Assembly: GCA_013239625.1 (NCBI GenBank)
Contig: MU056802.1
Location: 62,001-126,000, forward strand
Reading direction: 5' to 3'
DNA from: Lama guanicoe
Lineage: Eukaryota
Length of the DNA: 64,000 nt
A model generated the notes under the pieces. The model worked only from the letters and a program-made list of their open reading frames with translations, was not told where the DNA came from and made no database searches. Position 1 is the first letter of the stretch, and each line of letters opens with the position of its first letter. This document shows positions 26,448 to 44,354 of this stretch, piece by piece. The position numbers and the translations under genes are program-made.

Positions 26448-27304
26448 TTTATCTCAGCAAATGTTCTCATTTGGCACCTGCCTGGCATCAGACCAAAGAC
26501 CTCAGGCTGACTAACGTGGGCTGAAGTCATTTGCAAACTTCTCATTTGTAGGTCTCAAGTCCTGTGAGCATCAGAGCACCTGTTCCTCTCTGGTCCCTTA
26601 AGGAGGCCTACATCTGTCTCAGGTGCACTAACAGCGCCGGCCACAAGGTGGTGGAAAGTCGCGATACTGCAAACTGCTGGGACAGGAAGCCGAGCAGCAC
26701 CATGAAAACAAGTTCTTTTCTCCAGCGACAGTTCTCCAGATAGGGTCCCAGTCATGCTTATTCAACATATTCCTGTCTGCCTGGGTTGGAATGAAGAAAG
26801 GGCCCTCCTCCCCAGTAGCACAGAGGAGAAGACACAAGCTGGTTTACAACTTTTTAGAGCTCAAGCATCTAAGGAAGTCTTGTCTGAAGGGATAGGGTTA
26901 GTTAGCTCTCAGGTCAGTGCTGCTGGCCAGAGGACCCCCCGGGGCCAGCTTTGCAGCCTTTGCATGGGGGTATTTTCCCAGGATCCATGAAAATACTCAA
27001 GAGTCCATCAGGACATTTTACTTGTATGCAGTTTCCAACTGTCAGATGAGTTCAGGACTGTCTGGCCTGGGGCCCTTCTTAGGATCTCAATTCAGGATTA
27101 GCTATTCAAAGCATGAAATAAGAGAGAATACATTTTAAAGATCAAGGCTGCTCTTTTTAGCCCTGCTGAGGAAACAATTTGAGATATGATTTGTATAGAG
27201 AAAACTGGGCACTCAGCAGGACACAAGCTGGCTTTCAGACCCAGACTTCTCTGATGCGGCAGAAGTGGGTCCTCAGGTTGGGGTCCAGCATGTCCTCTGC
27301 GAGG

Positions 27305-27715
27305 CTAGTTGACCCGGCAGGCGCGGATCATGAGCAGCTGTAGGAGAATGAAAACCGGAGAAGTGATCAGGCCGAACCAGAGCTCCCGAGTCTGCTCCAC
27401 CAGCTTCTGGCACAACAACATCTCGAAGACAAACTTGAGGCTAAGAACCGTGAGGACCCAGAAAAGGCGGAGCACGGCCAGACGCTTCTCTCCGTCCTGG
27501 AAGAGGCGCACGGAGACGATAGTAGTGAAGTAGGTACTGAGCCCGTCAGCAGCGAAGAAGGGCACGAACACGTTCCACCAGGAGAGGCCGGGAGCCAGGC
27601 CGTCCACACGCAGGGCCAGCAGCACGGAGAACACCAACAGGGCCAGCAGGTGCACAAAGATCTCGAAGGTAGCGAAGCCCAGCCACTGCACCAGCTCCCG
27701 GAGCGAGAAAAGCAT
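27305..27715 (-). CDS. TMEM203: Transmembrane protein 203, single exon, 136 aa
   Basis: MLFSLRELVQWLGFATFEIFVHLLALLVFSVLLALRVDG...LQLLMIRACRVN; four hydrophobic segments. Confidence 0.96.
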   Translation of the reverse strand: MLFSLRELVQWLGFATFEIFVHLLALLVFSVLLALRVDGLAPGLSWWNVFVPFFAADGLSTYFTTIVSVRLFQDGEKRLAVLRLFWVLTVLSLKFVFEMLLCQKLVEQTRELWFGLITSPVFILLQLLMIRACRVN

Positions 27716-27949
27716 CGCGCCGGTTGAGCGCGGGCCAGGGCCCGGCCGAGCGTCCCACCCGCCGGGCTGCGCCTCCACTCCCCACGGGCCTCACTGGCAC
27801 CTGCCGCCGTCGCCGCCGCGGCGTGCGAGAGGCAGCGAGCGACCTCGCTTGCCCCGGCCCTCGGCCCCGGCGCGCCCCCGATCCCCCGGCCCCGGCCCGG
27901 GACCCAGCACTGGCCGCCAGCGGATGCCCGCCTCGTTCGGACGCCATGC

Positions 27950-35916
<7,967 letters not shown>

Positions 35917-36234
35917 GGGGTCGTCCTGCTGGCCGTGGCTACTCCCGCCAGTGGTCTCAGGGGGGCCCCGTCTGATCCCAGCCGGAGGACTGTCAGCTCT
36001 TCTGCACAGCTGACTCAGCTCCCACCCTCACCCTGACCCTGCTACCTGTCCACCACCCAGCCTACCCCTACACCATGGCTCCAAGTCTGCCCCTCCCCTC
36101 CTTCCAGGGTTCCTGGGTCCTGGTCAGGTTGGCTCCCTGGGCTGCACCACCCCACCCAGAGCTTAGAACCTGAGCGGCCGGAGGAGGCCCCCGGCAGCAC
36201 ACCCTTCGTCGCCCTGTTCCAGGACAGACCCCAC

Positions 36235-36240
36235 AATAAA
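36235..36240 (+). terminator. NDOR1 proximal polyadenylation signal
   Basis: AATAAA ~320 nt after the stop. Confidence 0.65.
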
Positions 36241-36900
36241 CGATGGCCTCTGGGTGGCTGCTTCCCACCTGCTCCTCCTGGTGTTGTCAGGGTCCTTAGG
36301 TGGGAGGTGGGCCCACAGCTCACTGCATGGGAATAGCCCACCCAGGGTGGGCACAAGTATACTGCCGCTCAGCCAGGCACTTTGGTGCTTGATTCTGATG
36401 CGCTGGGGTCCAGCTGTTTGCCCACCTTATACAGGCTCCGCTCTGGCCCCTGCAGCCAAGCAGTGGGAGGCCTGAGGCACCAGGCCAGGGTGCTCCAATC
36501 CACTGGCCCCAAAACAGAGGCCCTGGGCCCTGGGCGGGGAGGGGCGTGGCCCAAGATGGGGTGCCAGTGGGAGTGGAGTCCCCGCCCCTGGGAGGGGAAT
36601 TTTTGTTGGAGAAGTTGGGCGGGCCTACGCACCCTGCCTCCACCTAGAATCGGCTGGCTGGCTGGCAGTCAGTCACTCCCTGACACGCAGATCCCCAAAC
36701 CTGGGGCGGGGCTGGGGCAGATCCTGTTGGGGACAGAACACAGGGCCTAGGAGCTGGCCCGGCAGCTGGGGACCAAGTGAAGTTCACGTTGAGTGAGGCT
36801 CGAAGCCAGGAGGAGGCGGCCATTGCTGTAAGGTCAGTGCCAGACCCTGCCCTAGAGGGCCACACTGAACTTCACAGCCTTAACCACCCCCATCGCAGCC

Positions 36901-37761
36901 CTGGAGTCCCCGCCCACCCATCCTGACTCCTGCCCTGGGGCTGCCACCCCTGAACTGTGCCCTAGGGCCCCCACTCATGGCCCCACTGACCTCAGCTCTG
37001 GGCTCACCAGTCCGCCTTCGGCTTCTCTGGGCCCTGAGCACCTGGATTCACTGTGCCAGGTGCTGGCAGACGACGGGTTGGACAGCAGGGCCCCTGCGAA
37101 CCTCCAGGGTGCCAGGATTCTGGACAGTGAACCCCTGCTGGGGGCAGCAGTCATAGACTGCCCCTGGGCCCCCACAGAGGACGGGGATGAAGACGAGGAG
37201 GAGCAGGCTGGGGAGCAGGGGGAGGAGGAGGAGTGTCCCGTCTGCACAGAGCCCTACCGGTCCGGTGAGCACCAGCTGGCCCTGCTGAACTGCGGTCACA
37301 GCCTGTGTGCAGGCTGCCTGCACCGGCTGCTGGGCGCGGCCCCCAGTGCCGACCTGGGCCGGGTGCGCTGCCCGCTGTGTCGCCAGAAAACACCCATGCT
37401 TGAGTGGGAGATCTGCCGGCTGCAGGAGGAGCTGCTGCAGGCCGACGGGCCCCAGCGCCCCGCGCCCGCTGCTCCCCTCGGGCCCCTCCACGAGAGCCCC
37501 GGGCCCTGGGCCCGCCTAGAGCACCGCTACCAGCTGCACTTCCTGACGAGGCCCCTAGGCGGCCGAGGCTGCCTGCCCTTCCTGCCCTGCCCGCCCTGCC
37601 TGGGTGCCTGGCTCTGGGCCCTGCGGGAACGAGGGCCCTGCGCCCGCCGCATGGCGCTGCTGGGCCTGCTGGCCCTCGAGCTGCTGGGGCTACTGCTCAT
37701 CTTCATGCCGCTCATACTGCTGGGGCTGCTCTTCGTGCTGCTGGACGGCTCCAGCCGCTGA
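36901..37761 (+). CDS. Uncharacterised C3HC4 RING-finger protein with C-terminal transmembrane segment (RNF152/182/183/186/223-like); start codon uncertain
   Basis: Frame open 36856-37761. Acidic tract, then CPVC-x15-CGH-x2-CAGC-x17-CPLC, then a ~31-aa hydrophobic tail. No in-frame ATG before the RING; start given is gccCTGg at 36901. AATAAA at 38554. Confidence 0.8.
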   Translation: MESPPTHPDSCPGAATPELCPRAPTHGPTDLSSGLTSPPSASLGPEHLDSLCQVLADDGLDSRAPANLQGARILDSEPLLGAAVIDCPWAPTEDGDEDEEEQAGEQGEEEECPVCTEPYRSGEHQLALLNCGHSLCAGCLHRLLGAAPSADLGRVRCPLCRQKTPMLEWEICRLQEELLQADGPQRPAPAAPLGPLHESPGPWARLEHRYQLHFLTRPLGGRGCLPFLPCPPCLGAWLWALRERGPCARRMALLGLLALELLGLLLIFMPLILLGLLFVLLDGSSR

Positions 37762-38553
37762 GAAGAGCCCGCCGGGTCTGCCACCAGCACGGCCTGGGCT
37801 TGAGGTAGCCATGGCCACCAACGGATGGGAGGCCCAGACTGGCCCAGGCCCTGGAGCCGTGGGGCCTGATGGCCAGGCTGAAGAACCCAAGGTCGATCAG
37901 GGCACTAACTTTCAACCCAGACCCAAGCCTCGGACCCAGGGCCACCCAGAAGCCTCTGACCCAGCCGGAGACTCCACACTGCCCTGCTGCCCAGACGCTA
38001 GCCAGTGGTGCCTAAGGACAGCACCAGAGGAGGCCTGTGACCAGGGCCCGAAGTGCCCCTCGAGGGACAGGCCCCATGCTGACACTGGGCTGTCCCCGCT
38101 CTCCAGCCTGGCCTGTCTGCAAGAGGGGCACAGACACCGCGGACACAAAAATGAACAGAGGCCTGGGTCAAGTGCTCGGAGTGGGTGGGGCCCTCAGCAG
38201 GCACCTGCCCACGTTCCAGCTGAGAGTCAAGTGTGTGTTCCCTGAAGATCAGGGTAGCCGAGGGGAGGGCCCCTGCTGCACAGGCCCGGCCCACAAAGGG
38301 CCTCCTCTGCCGCCGGGCTGGGGTCCAAGTGGTGGCCCTGAGCAGCCCCAGGGGTGGAGGGGAGTGGCAGCACATGCCCCTCAGCCACAAGGGACCAGGG
38401 CGGGCCCTGGGGCCGAAGGCACCCTCACTCCCCTGCAGCCCCCCATGGCTGAGCCTGGGGCCTTTATTTGAGGGACAGACGCAGTCACAGCACCCCCCTC
38501 GTGGGCTCATTGGTGGCACGCCGAGCCCTGTGCCCGGCACAAGAAATGCTGTC

Positions 38554-38559
38554 AATAAA
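38554..38559 (+). terminator. Polyadenylation signal for the RING-TM gene or a long NDOR1 3' UTR
   Basis: AATAAA. Confidence 0.6.
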
Positions 38560-39326
38560 CAGCTGCTCCTGACAGTGTCGTGACTGAGTCCTTATCGTCA
38601 TCACCCTGCCTCCACCAACTAGGTGACAGAGCCCCTTCTTCAAATCCAGGTCGTCTGAGTGCCAGACCCAGGGCCCTGAGGGCTTCACATCTGACGGTGA
38701 CTGCAGCCAGCCTGTGTCCCAGCCTCGGCTCAGACTGGCCCGTAGGCCCTTCTCACACCACCTCAGAGAGCCATGCGGGCACCAGGAGCCGGCTGGACGG
38801 AGCTGTCTGCCTATAGGCTGCACTCACGTTCAGCGGGCAGTGCAGAGGAGATGGCCTCCCTTTGCCTGGCTGGGCCTGCTTTGTGCACCTGCCCACACAG
38901 TCCTGCCTGGTGCATACAAGCAGCTGGCTCTGCGCAGATGCACAGGGCCTTCACGCACACACGCACACGGTCAGGCCCAGCCCTCCCAAGCAGCACGCCT
39001 GGCCCAGCCTGGCCCCCAGCGAGCAGAGCAGGCCTACCCCCAAGCAGCACCGGGCCTTCCTCTGGCTGCTCCAGCAGAGACCCTGTCTGGGCGGTAGCCC
39101 TGGGTACCCACCCTGGCCCAGGCCTGTGCACAGACCGAGGCTTCAGTCCAGGGAACAAGGTGCAAACTTTGGCAAAGAGTTTTAATGGCAAAGTTGGCTG
39201 CAGCGACAATGCCACGCGGGTGGGGGCCAGAAGCTGTGGTGGGCAAGGGGTCAGCGGGCAACAGGGCAGGGCCAGATCCCTGAAGAAGCAGCGAGCGAGG
39301 ACCGGTGGGCGGCGGGTGAGTGGGCA

Positions 39327-40124
39327 CTACATGATGGAACAGGCAGACAGCGGGTTCCGCACGTGGCAGGTGCACGCGGCCCCACAGTACTGCCGGAAGG
39401 TCTGGTAGCAACTGCCCTCAGGCTCGCCCCCCCACTGGCCACCGGATGGGGCGGTCAGCGCCTCAGGTGGCAGGCGGCTCAGGATGGACGTGTTGACAGC
39501 CAGCGCAGCCAGGCCGTAGTCAGTGAACAGCACAGTCTCACGGCGGCAGGTGGGACAGGAGATGAACTTGTATTTGGGGCAAGACTCGTAGAGAATCTGC
39601 AGGCACTGCTCACACACAGAGTGCAGGCAAGACAGCACGCGGGGCCGCCGCTGAGTGACGTTGTACGTGTGGCCGCAGGTGGGGCACTCGAGAGGCTCAC
39701 CTGCGGCTGATGCCGCTGCTGCTGGGGCCCCTGAGGCAGCAGGGCCAGGCCGAATCACATACTGATTCACGATGACCTCGTCCGCGGGTGCCACTCGGGG
39801 GAAGCCCAGCTCCGCACTGCCCTTGCGGGACCGACGTGGCAGGGGTGGGGTACGGGGTGCCCCTTCCAAGGCAGGCATGTCCCCCCCACATGCCTGGTTG
39901 ACGATGATCTCTGTGTCTGAGGGCCAGGCTCGCTTGGGTGCCAGAGCCGGGGTGGGCCGGGGTGCAGGTGGGAAGCAGGGGGCGGCCGCCTGCAGCTCGG
40001 GGAACTTCTCAGGGTGGACGATCTTCATGGCCTCCATCTTGAGGATGACATGGGGGCCCTTCAGGCAGGACATGAGGAACCCTGGCCAGCCACTGCCCGC
40101 CTCTGGCCCAGGGTCAGCCGGCAT
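39327..40124 (-). CDS. RNF208: RING finger protein 208, single coding exon, 265 aa
   Basis: MPADPGPEAGSGWPGFLMSCLKGPHVILK...CPTCGHTYNVTQRRPRVLSCLHSVCEQC...CPTC...PLSACSIM; ATTAAA on minus at 39181-39186. Confidence 0.95.
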   Translation of the reverse strand: MPADPGPEAGSGWPGFLMSCLKGPHVILKMEAMKIVHPEKFPELQAAAPCFPPAPRPTPALAPKRAWPSDTEIIVNQACGGDMPALEGAPRTPPLPRRSRKGSAELGFPRVAPADEVIVNQYVIRPGPAASGAPAAAASAAGEPLECPTCGHTYNVTQRRPRVLSCLHSVCEQCLQILYESCPKYKFISCPTCRRETVLFTDYGLAALAVNTSILSRLPPEALTAPSGGQWGGEPEGSCYQTFRQYCGAACTCHVRNPLSACSIM

Positions 40125-40746
40125 CCGGCTGTCTCCAGTCAGACTGGGTGTTCGGGTGGATGGGAGAGTTGGGTGTGGCTGGGGGGGAGGGGAGGGGGCA
40201 GCATCCTGGTCCCGCCAGGCCTGGTGGGGACCCTGGCCGCCCTGTGGACTCCTGGGGGTGGCTGGCAAGAACTTGGGGGGAAGGGCCCCACCCAGTGGCC
40301 ACAGTGGCTTCTCTGGTCCAGTCCTAGAAGGAATAGAAAGGGGCGGGGGAGGGGGAGAGGATCGGGCCCAGGGGCTCACCCAGGGTCTCCAGATGCAGAG
40401 GCTGGCGAGGGGGCGTTGGGGGGGGTCCCCCTGCAGCCGAGATCAGCAGTCCCGGGGCCGGGACATCCGGGCAGGCAGGGGCTAGGTGGGCCCCATGGCT
40501 CCAGGACAGGGCGCCCAGGGAAGGCAGCTAGCCTGAGCCCTGGTTGCGGAGGAACCCAGGCCCCAAGCACGGCGGCGGTGGGAGCAGAGGAGAGGCCTGG
40601 ACGAGGCCCGAGCTGCAGGTGAGAGACAGCGTGAGGGCAGCGCCCGGGCCCACCCTCATCCTGCACAAAAGACAGGGCGCCCGACCTCGGGCCCTGACCC
40701 TCGCTGGACTCGGAACCCAGCCCCCTCCCCAACCCCCGCCCCCCAA

Positions 40747-41122
40747 NNNNNNNNNNNNNNNNNNNNNNNNNNNNNNNNNNNNNNNNNNNNNNNNNNNNNN
40801 NNNNNNNNNNNNNNNNNNNNNNNNNNNNNNNNNNNNNNNNNNNNNNNNNNNNNNNNNNNNNNNNNNNNNNNNNNNNNNNNNNNNNNNNNNNNNNNNNNNN
40901 NNNNNNNNNNNNNNNNNNNNNNNNNNNNNNNNNNNNNNNNNNNNNNNNNNNNNNNNNNNNNNNNNNNNNNNNNNNNNNNNNNNNNNNNNNNNNNNNNNNN
41001 NNNNNNNNNNNNNNNNNNNNNNNNNNNNNNNNNNNNNNNNNNNNNNNNNNNNNNNNNNNNNNNNNNNNNNNNNNNNNNNNNNNNNNNNNNNNNNNNNNNN
41101 NNNNNNNNNNNNNNNNNNNNNN
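40747..41122. other. Assembly gap (N run) inside the CpG-rich RNF208 5' region
   Basis: 376 Ns. Confidence 0.99.
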
Positions 41123-42629
41123 CCCCTCGATCCACCGCGAGCCTGGCGCCGGCTCTCGGGGTCGCCCTCCCCTTCCCCACACCCCCGCTGGCAGCGTGCG
41201 AGTCAGGACCCCCGCGGCGTCCCCACCTCCAGTCTCCCTAACCCCGTCCCTGCCTGGCTGACCCTGGGTCCTGGTCAAGACCCCCACCCCAGTTCTGGAG
41301 GGGAAATCCTGCTTTGAGGTCTCACAGTGCCAGAGGAAGGAAGGGAAGGAGAGAGTCCAGGGGTGGACCCAGGAAAGCTGGTTCTCAGGACCCCACCCTG
41401 GGACTGCCTTGTGTCCCGCCAGAGAGTCAAGGTCTCTGCTTGTCTTTCCACTTGGCCACCAGTGGGAATGCTTCCGGGGCTTTCTGGCTCACAGGTGCAG
41501 CGGGGTGTTTCCAGTGCTGGCAGGCTCCAAGAGGGCAATGGTATGAGCATGAGCAGGGGTGGCATCGAGGGAGTAACAGTGGTTGGGAGCAAGCTCCCAG
41601 GGCAGGGCAGCTGGACAGATGGGTGGTGTGAGAGGTCTGCAGAAGGTCAGACAGTCGGTCAGGCCACCGTCGGCCAGCTCACAGAGGTCACGTACCTACA
41701 CAGGGTGGGGTGCCCCTTCTGGCATCTCGTCAGGGCAGCAAGCACTGGGTTGTCACACAATTGTGTGCTAACCTGACCCCACCCAGCAGAGAGGCCCCAT
41801 TCCTTTCTGCTTCCTCCTCAGGCCAGCCTCCCCAGCTCCCTTGGGATATACCCTCTGCCTGTGAGGAGCCCTCAAGTGAGAGGGAGAACATGCTGGCAAC
41901 TACAGGGCAGGGGGCCAGGGCTGCAGGGGCCTCTAGAGTGCCTTTTCCTGACCTGCCAGGGCCACCATGTGGCATGCTGGCACTCCTCTGCCTGGCACTG
42001 GGCCCTGCACCTGACCCTGAACAGCCCCAGCCTCTTCTGGCCACAGCTCCTCTCCTCTGTACAGTCCAAACTGCACCTGGCTAGAGACCTAGCTCCCAGT
42101 CCTGCAGAGCGACAGAGCCCAGAGACAGATCAGTGTTCCTGATGAAGGGGCCCACTTGGGCTGGAGAGGTAGCCCTCGCCCATAGCGTTTGAATTTGCGG
42201 CTCTTTGCAACCTCAGGCCTGTGCCTAAGTTTACTCTGCCATTCAGGGAGAGCAGGGGCCTGTGGGAGGGGCGGCGAGGGCCTTATGGGGCCCTGGCAGG
42301 AAGATAGGGCAACCGAGGCAGCCCCGGACAGGGGAGGGCCGGGGGTCCAGCCTCCGCCAAGGGCTTTGCTCATCTCATGCGCACTCTGGGAACGTATTCA
42401 AAGTGGCACCGGCCACCAGGCCCTACTCCCTAACAGCGGCCCTGCCCCTAGGGATGAGGTCCAGCCCCGTGCAAGCCTCCCGATCCGGGCGTTTCAGAGC
42501 TGGGCGGCCCAAGCCCATCCCGGACGGTCTGAGGCCGGCTGACCCCGAACCGGATCTTTGGGGAAACCGTCGAGCGCGGAGACTTCTGGGGAATAAAGTT
42601 CCCACCAGCCTCCCTCATCCCCAGCCCGA

Positions 42630-42830
42630 TCTGTTTTGCGCATGCGCCAGCCTCCGCCTCTCAACGAGGAGCAGAGTCTGTAGGGGTGGTGGGCGGGGTT
42701 TCCGGCGCCTGCGCAGTGGGCCTCTGTCGCCCGCCTTCTAAGTCCGGGTCTCTCGGCCCGTTTCGCCCCGTATCCGGTGCCCCATCGGTAGAACTTGTGT
42801 CCAGACCGGTCTGACCGGCCCCACACAGGC
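42630..42830. promoter_or_regulatory. CpG-rich promoter-like element (two NRF1 sites, GC box, ETS core)
   Basis: TGCGCATGCGC 42637-42647, GGGCGGGG 42691, TTCCGG 42700, GCGCCTGCGCA 42705-42715. Confidence 0.6.
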
Positions 42831-43964
42831 CACTCTGATCACCTGGCCTCTGGGCCCCGTCTGGTTTGATCCCGCCCTTCCTGGGGGTTCCCCCGCGAGC
42901 TCCACGGGTTAGGGATGTGGGTCCAGGCCGCACGCCACTGCCCCCGTCGCCCCAGAGGGAGCTTACCAGTGCCAGGCCCAAACTCACGTGATCGCATCCA
43001 CTGTCACCCCCGTCTACAGCGACCCTGTATGGCGCAAGCTATGTGCCACCTTACAGATGAAGGTGGGAGGGGGTGCAAGGGCCAAGGACGGGGATGCTGA
43101 GGAGGGACTTGGGGCCCACGAGCCGACCGCGAAGGGAAACCGTAGTTTCTTGTATGAGCTAGAAGCGTCACTTGTGTATGAAGCCCATGTCGCCAATCTT
43201 AAGTACGTTTTATTGGCAAAAGTAAGTAAATCAAACATTTTTTTATCAGTTAAAAAACAGCAAAGCTCCGCGCAGTCTGTTCACAAACACCTTGATCTCT
43301 GCCTGCGAGGTCGAAGCTGTGAGTGACAGTGGGCACCTCTTCCTTCTGCTTCAAAGCAGGGGCTTTGAGGTGTGTGAGTGATGCCCGGGGACCCCAGACG
43401 ACCTGCAGGCCTGGACTCTGTGGACCTGACCCCAGTGACCTGCAATCCAGCAGGGCCAGGACATGCCCCAGATGTGTTGAGTCTGAGTCACCCCGAATGG
43501 CAATGTCCCTCAGAGCCCAAGCCTTGGCCACCACCCATCTGAAAAAGGAAGGGTGGGTGGGCACTGTGCTGGAAGAGCTGGGCCTCCTGGGATCTTGGGA
43601 ACCCTGTCTGGGAGCCCCGCCCATGGCCCCGCCCCTCCCCAGTAGGGAAAAGGCAGCAGCCAGTCCCTCAGCTCACAGACACTGGGACCTGGCCCAGAGG
43701 ACAAGAGGACTCCTTGCTACCATCACCACTTCAGGTGAGTCCTGAGCTGAGGGGCTCCCCCACCCACCCAGGACCAGCTTAGCTGCATCTTCCAGCCTCC
43801 CCCACCCCAACCCAGCTCCATCGCAAGGCACTGCCTCTCAGGGAAGGCAGAGGACCCCTGGGGCACAGCTGGGAGACACTTGCCTCCTTGCACATGCACT
43901 GACACACAGACCTTGAACACTCTTGGCATTTCCACAGCCTCTGCCACCCCTGCCAGGCTGGGCC

Positions 43965-44354
43965 ATGGACCCCCACAACATGATGGTCAAGAACCCATAT
44001 GCCCACATCAGCATCCCGCGGGCTCACCTGAGGCCTGACCTGGGGCAGCAGCTGGAGGCGGCTCCATTCTCCTCAGAGTCGCAGCCTGTGCCTCTGGGGC
44101 CCTGCACCCTGGAACCCGCCAAGGAGGCCCCAGGGTCCAAGGGGGCCAATTCCATCCAGGGCCAGCAGGCCTGGCAGCCACCCGGCAACCCCTGCAGCAG
44201 TGGGCAGCGCCCGGCAGGACTGACATATGCGGGCCTGCCGCCAGTTGGGCACGGCGACGACATCGCTCACCACTGCTGCTGCTGTCCCTGCTGCTCCTGC
44301 TGCCACTGCCCCCGCTTCTGCCGCTGCCACAGCTGCTGCTGCGTCATCTCCTAG
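43965..44354 (+). CDS. CYSRT1: Cysteine-rich tail protein 1, 129 aa
   Basis: [31 protein letters not shown]...[28 protein letters not shown]. Non-coding exon donor at 43734/5, acceptor 43937, AATAAA 44632. Confidence 0.93.
   Translation: MDPHNMMVKNPYAHISIPRAHLRPDLGQQLEAAPFSSESQPVPLGPCTLEPAKEAPGSKGANSIQGQQAWQPPGNPCSSGQRPAGLTYAGLPPVGHGDDIAHHCCCCPCCSCCHCPRFCRCHSCCCVIS

Noticed and set aside
40125-40379. 85-aa extension of RNF208 in the ORF track
   Set aside because: Starts at a GTG, is Pro-rich UTR/intron-like sequence, and the recognised protein starts MPADPG.
40376-41317. ORFs spanning the N gap
   Set aside because: Artefacts of translating Ns.
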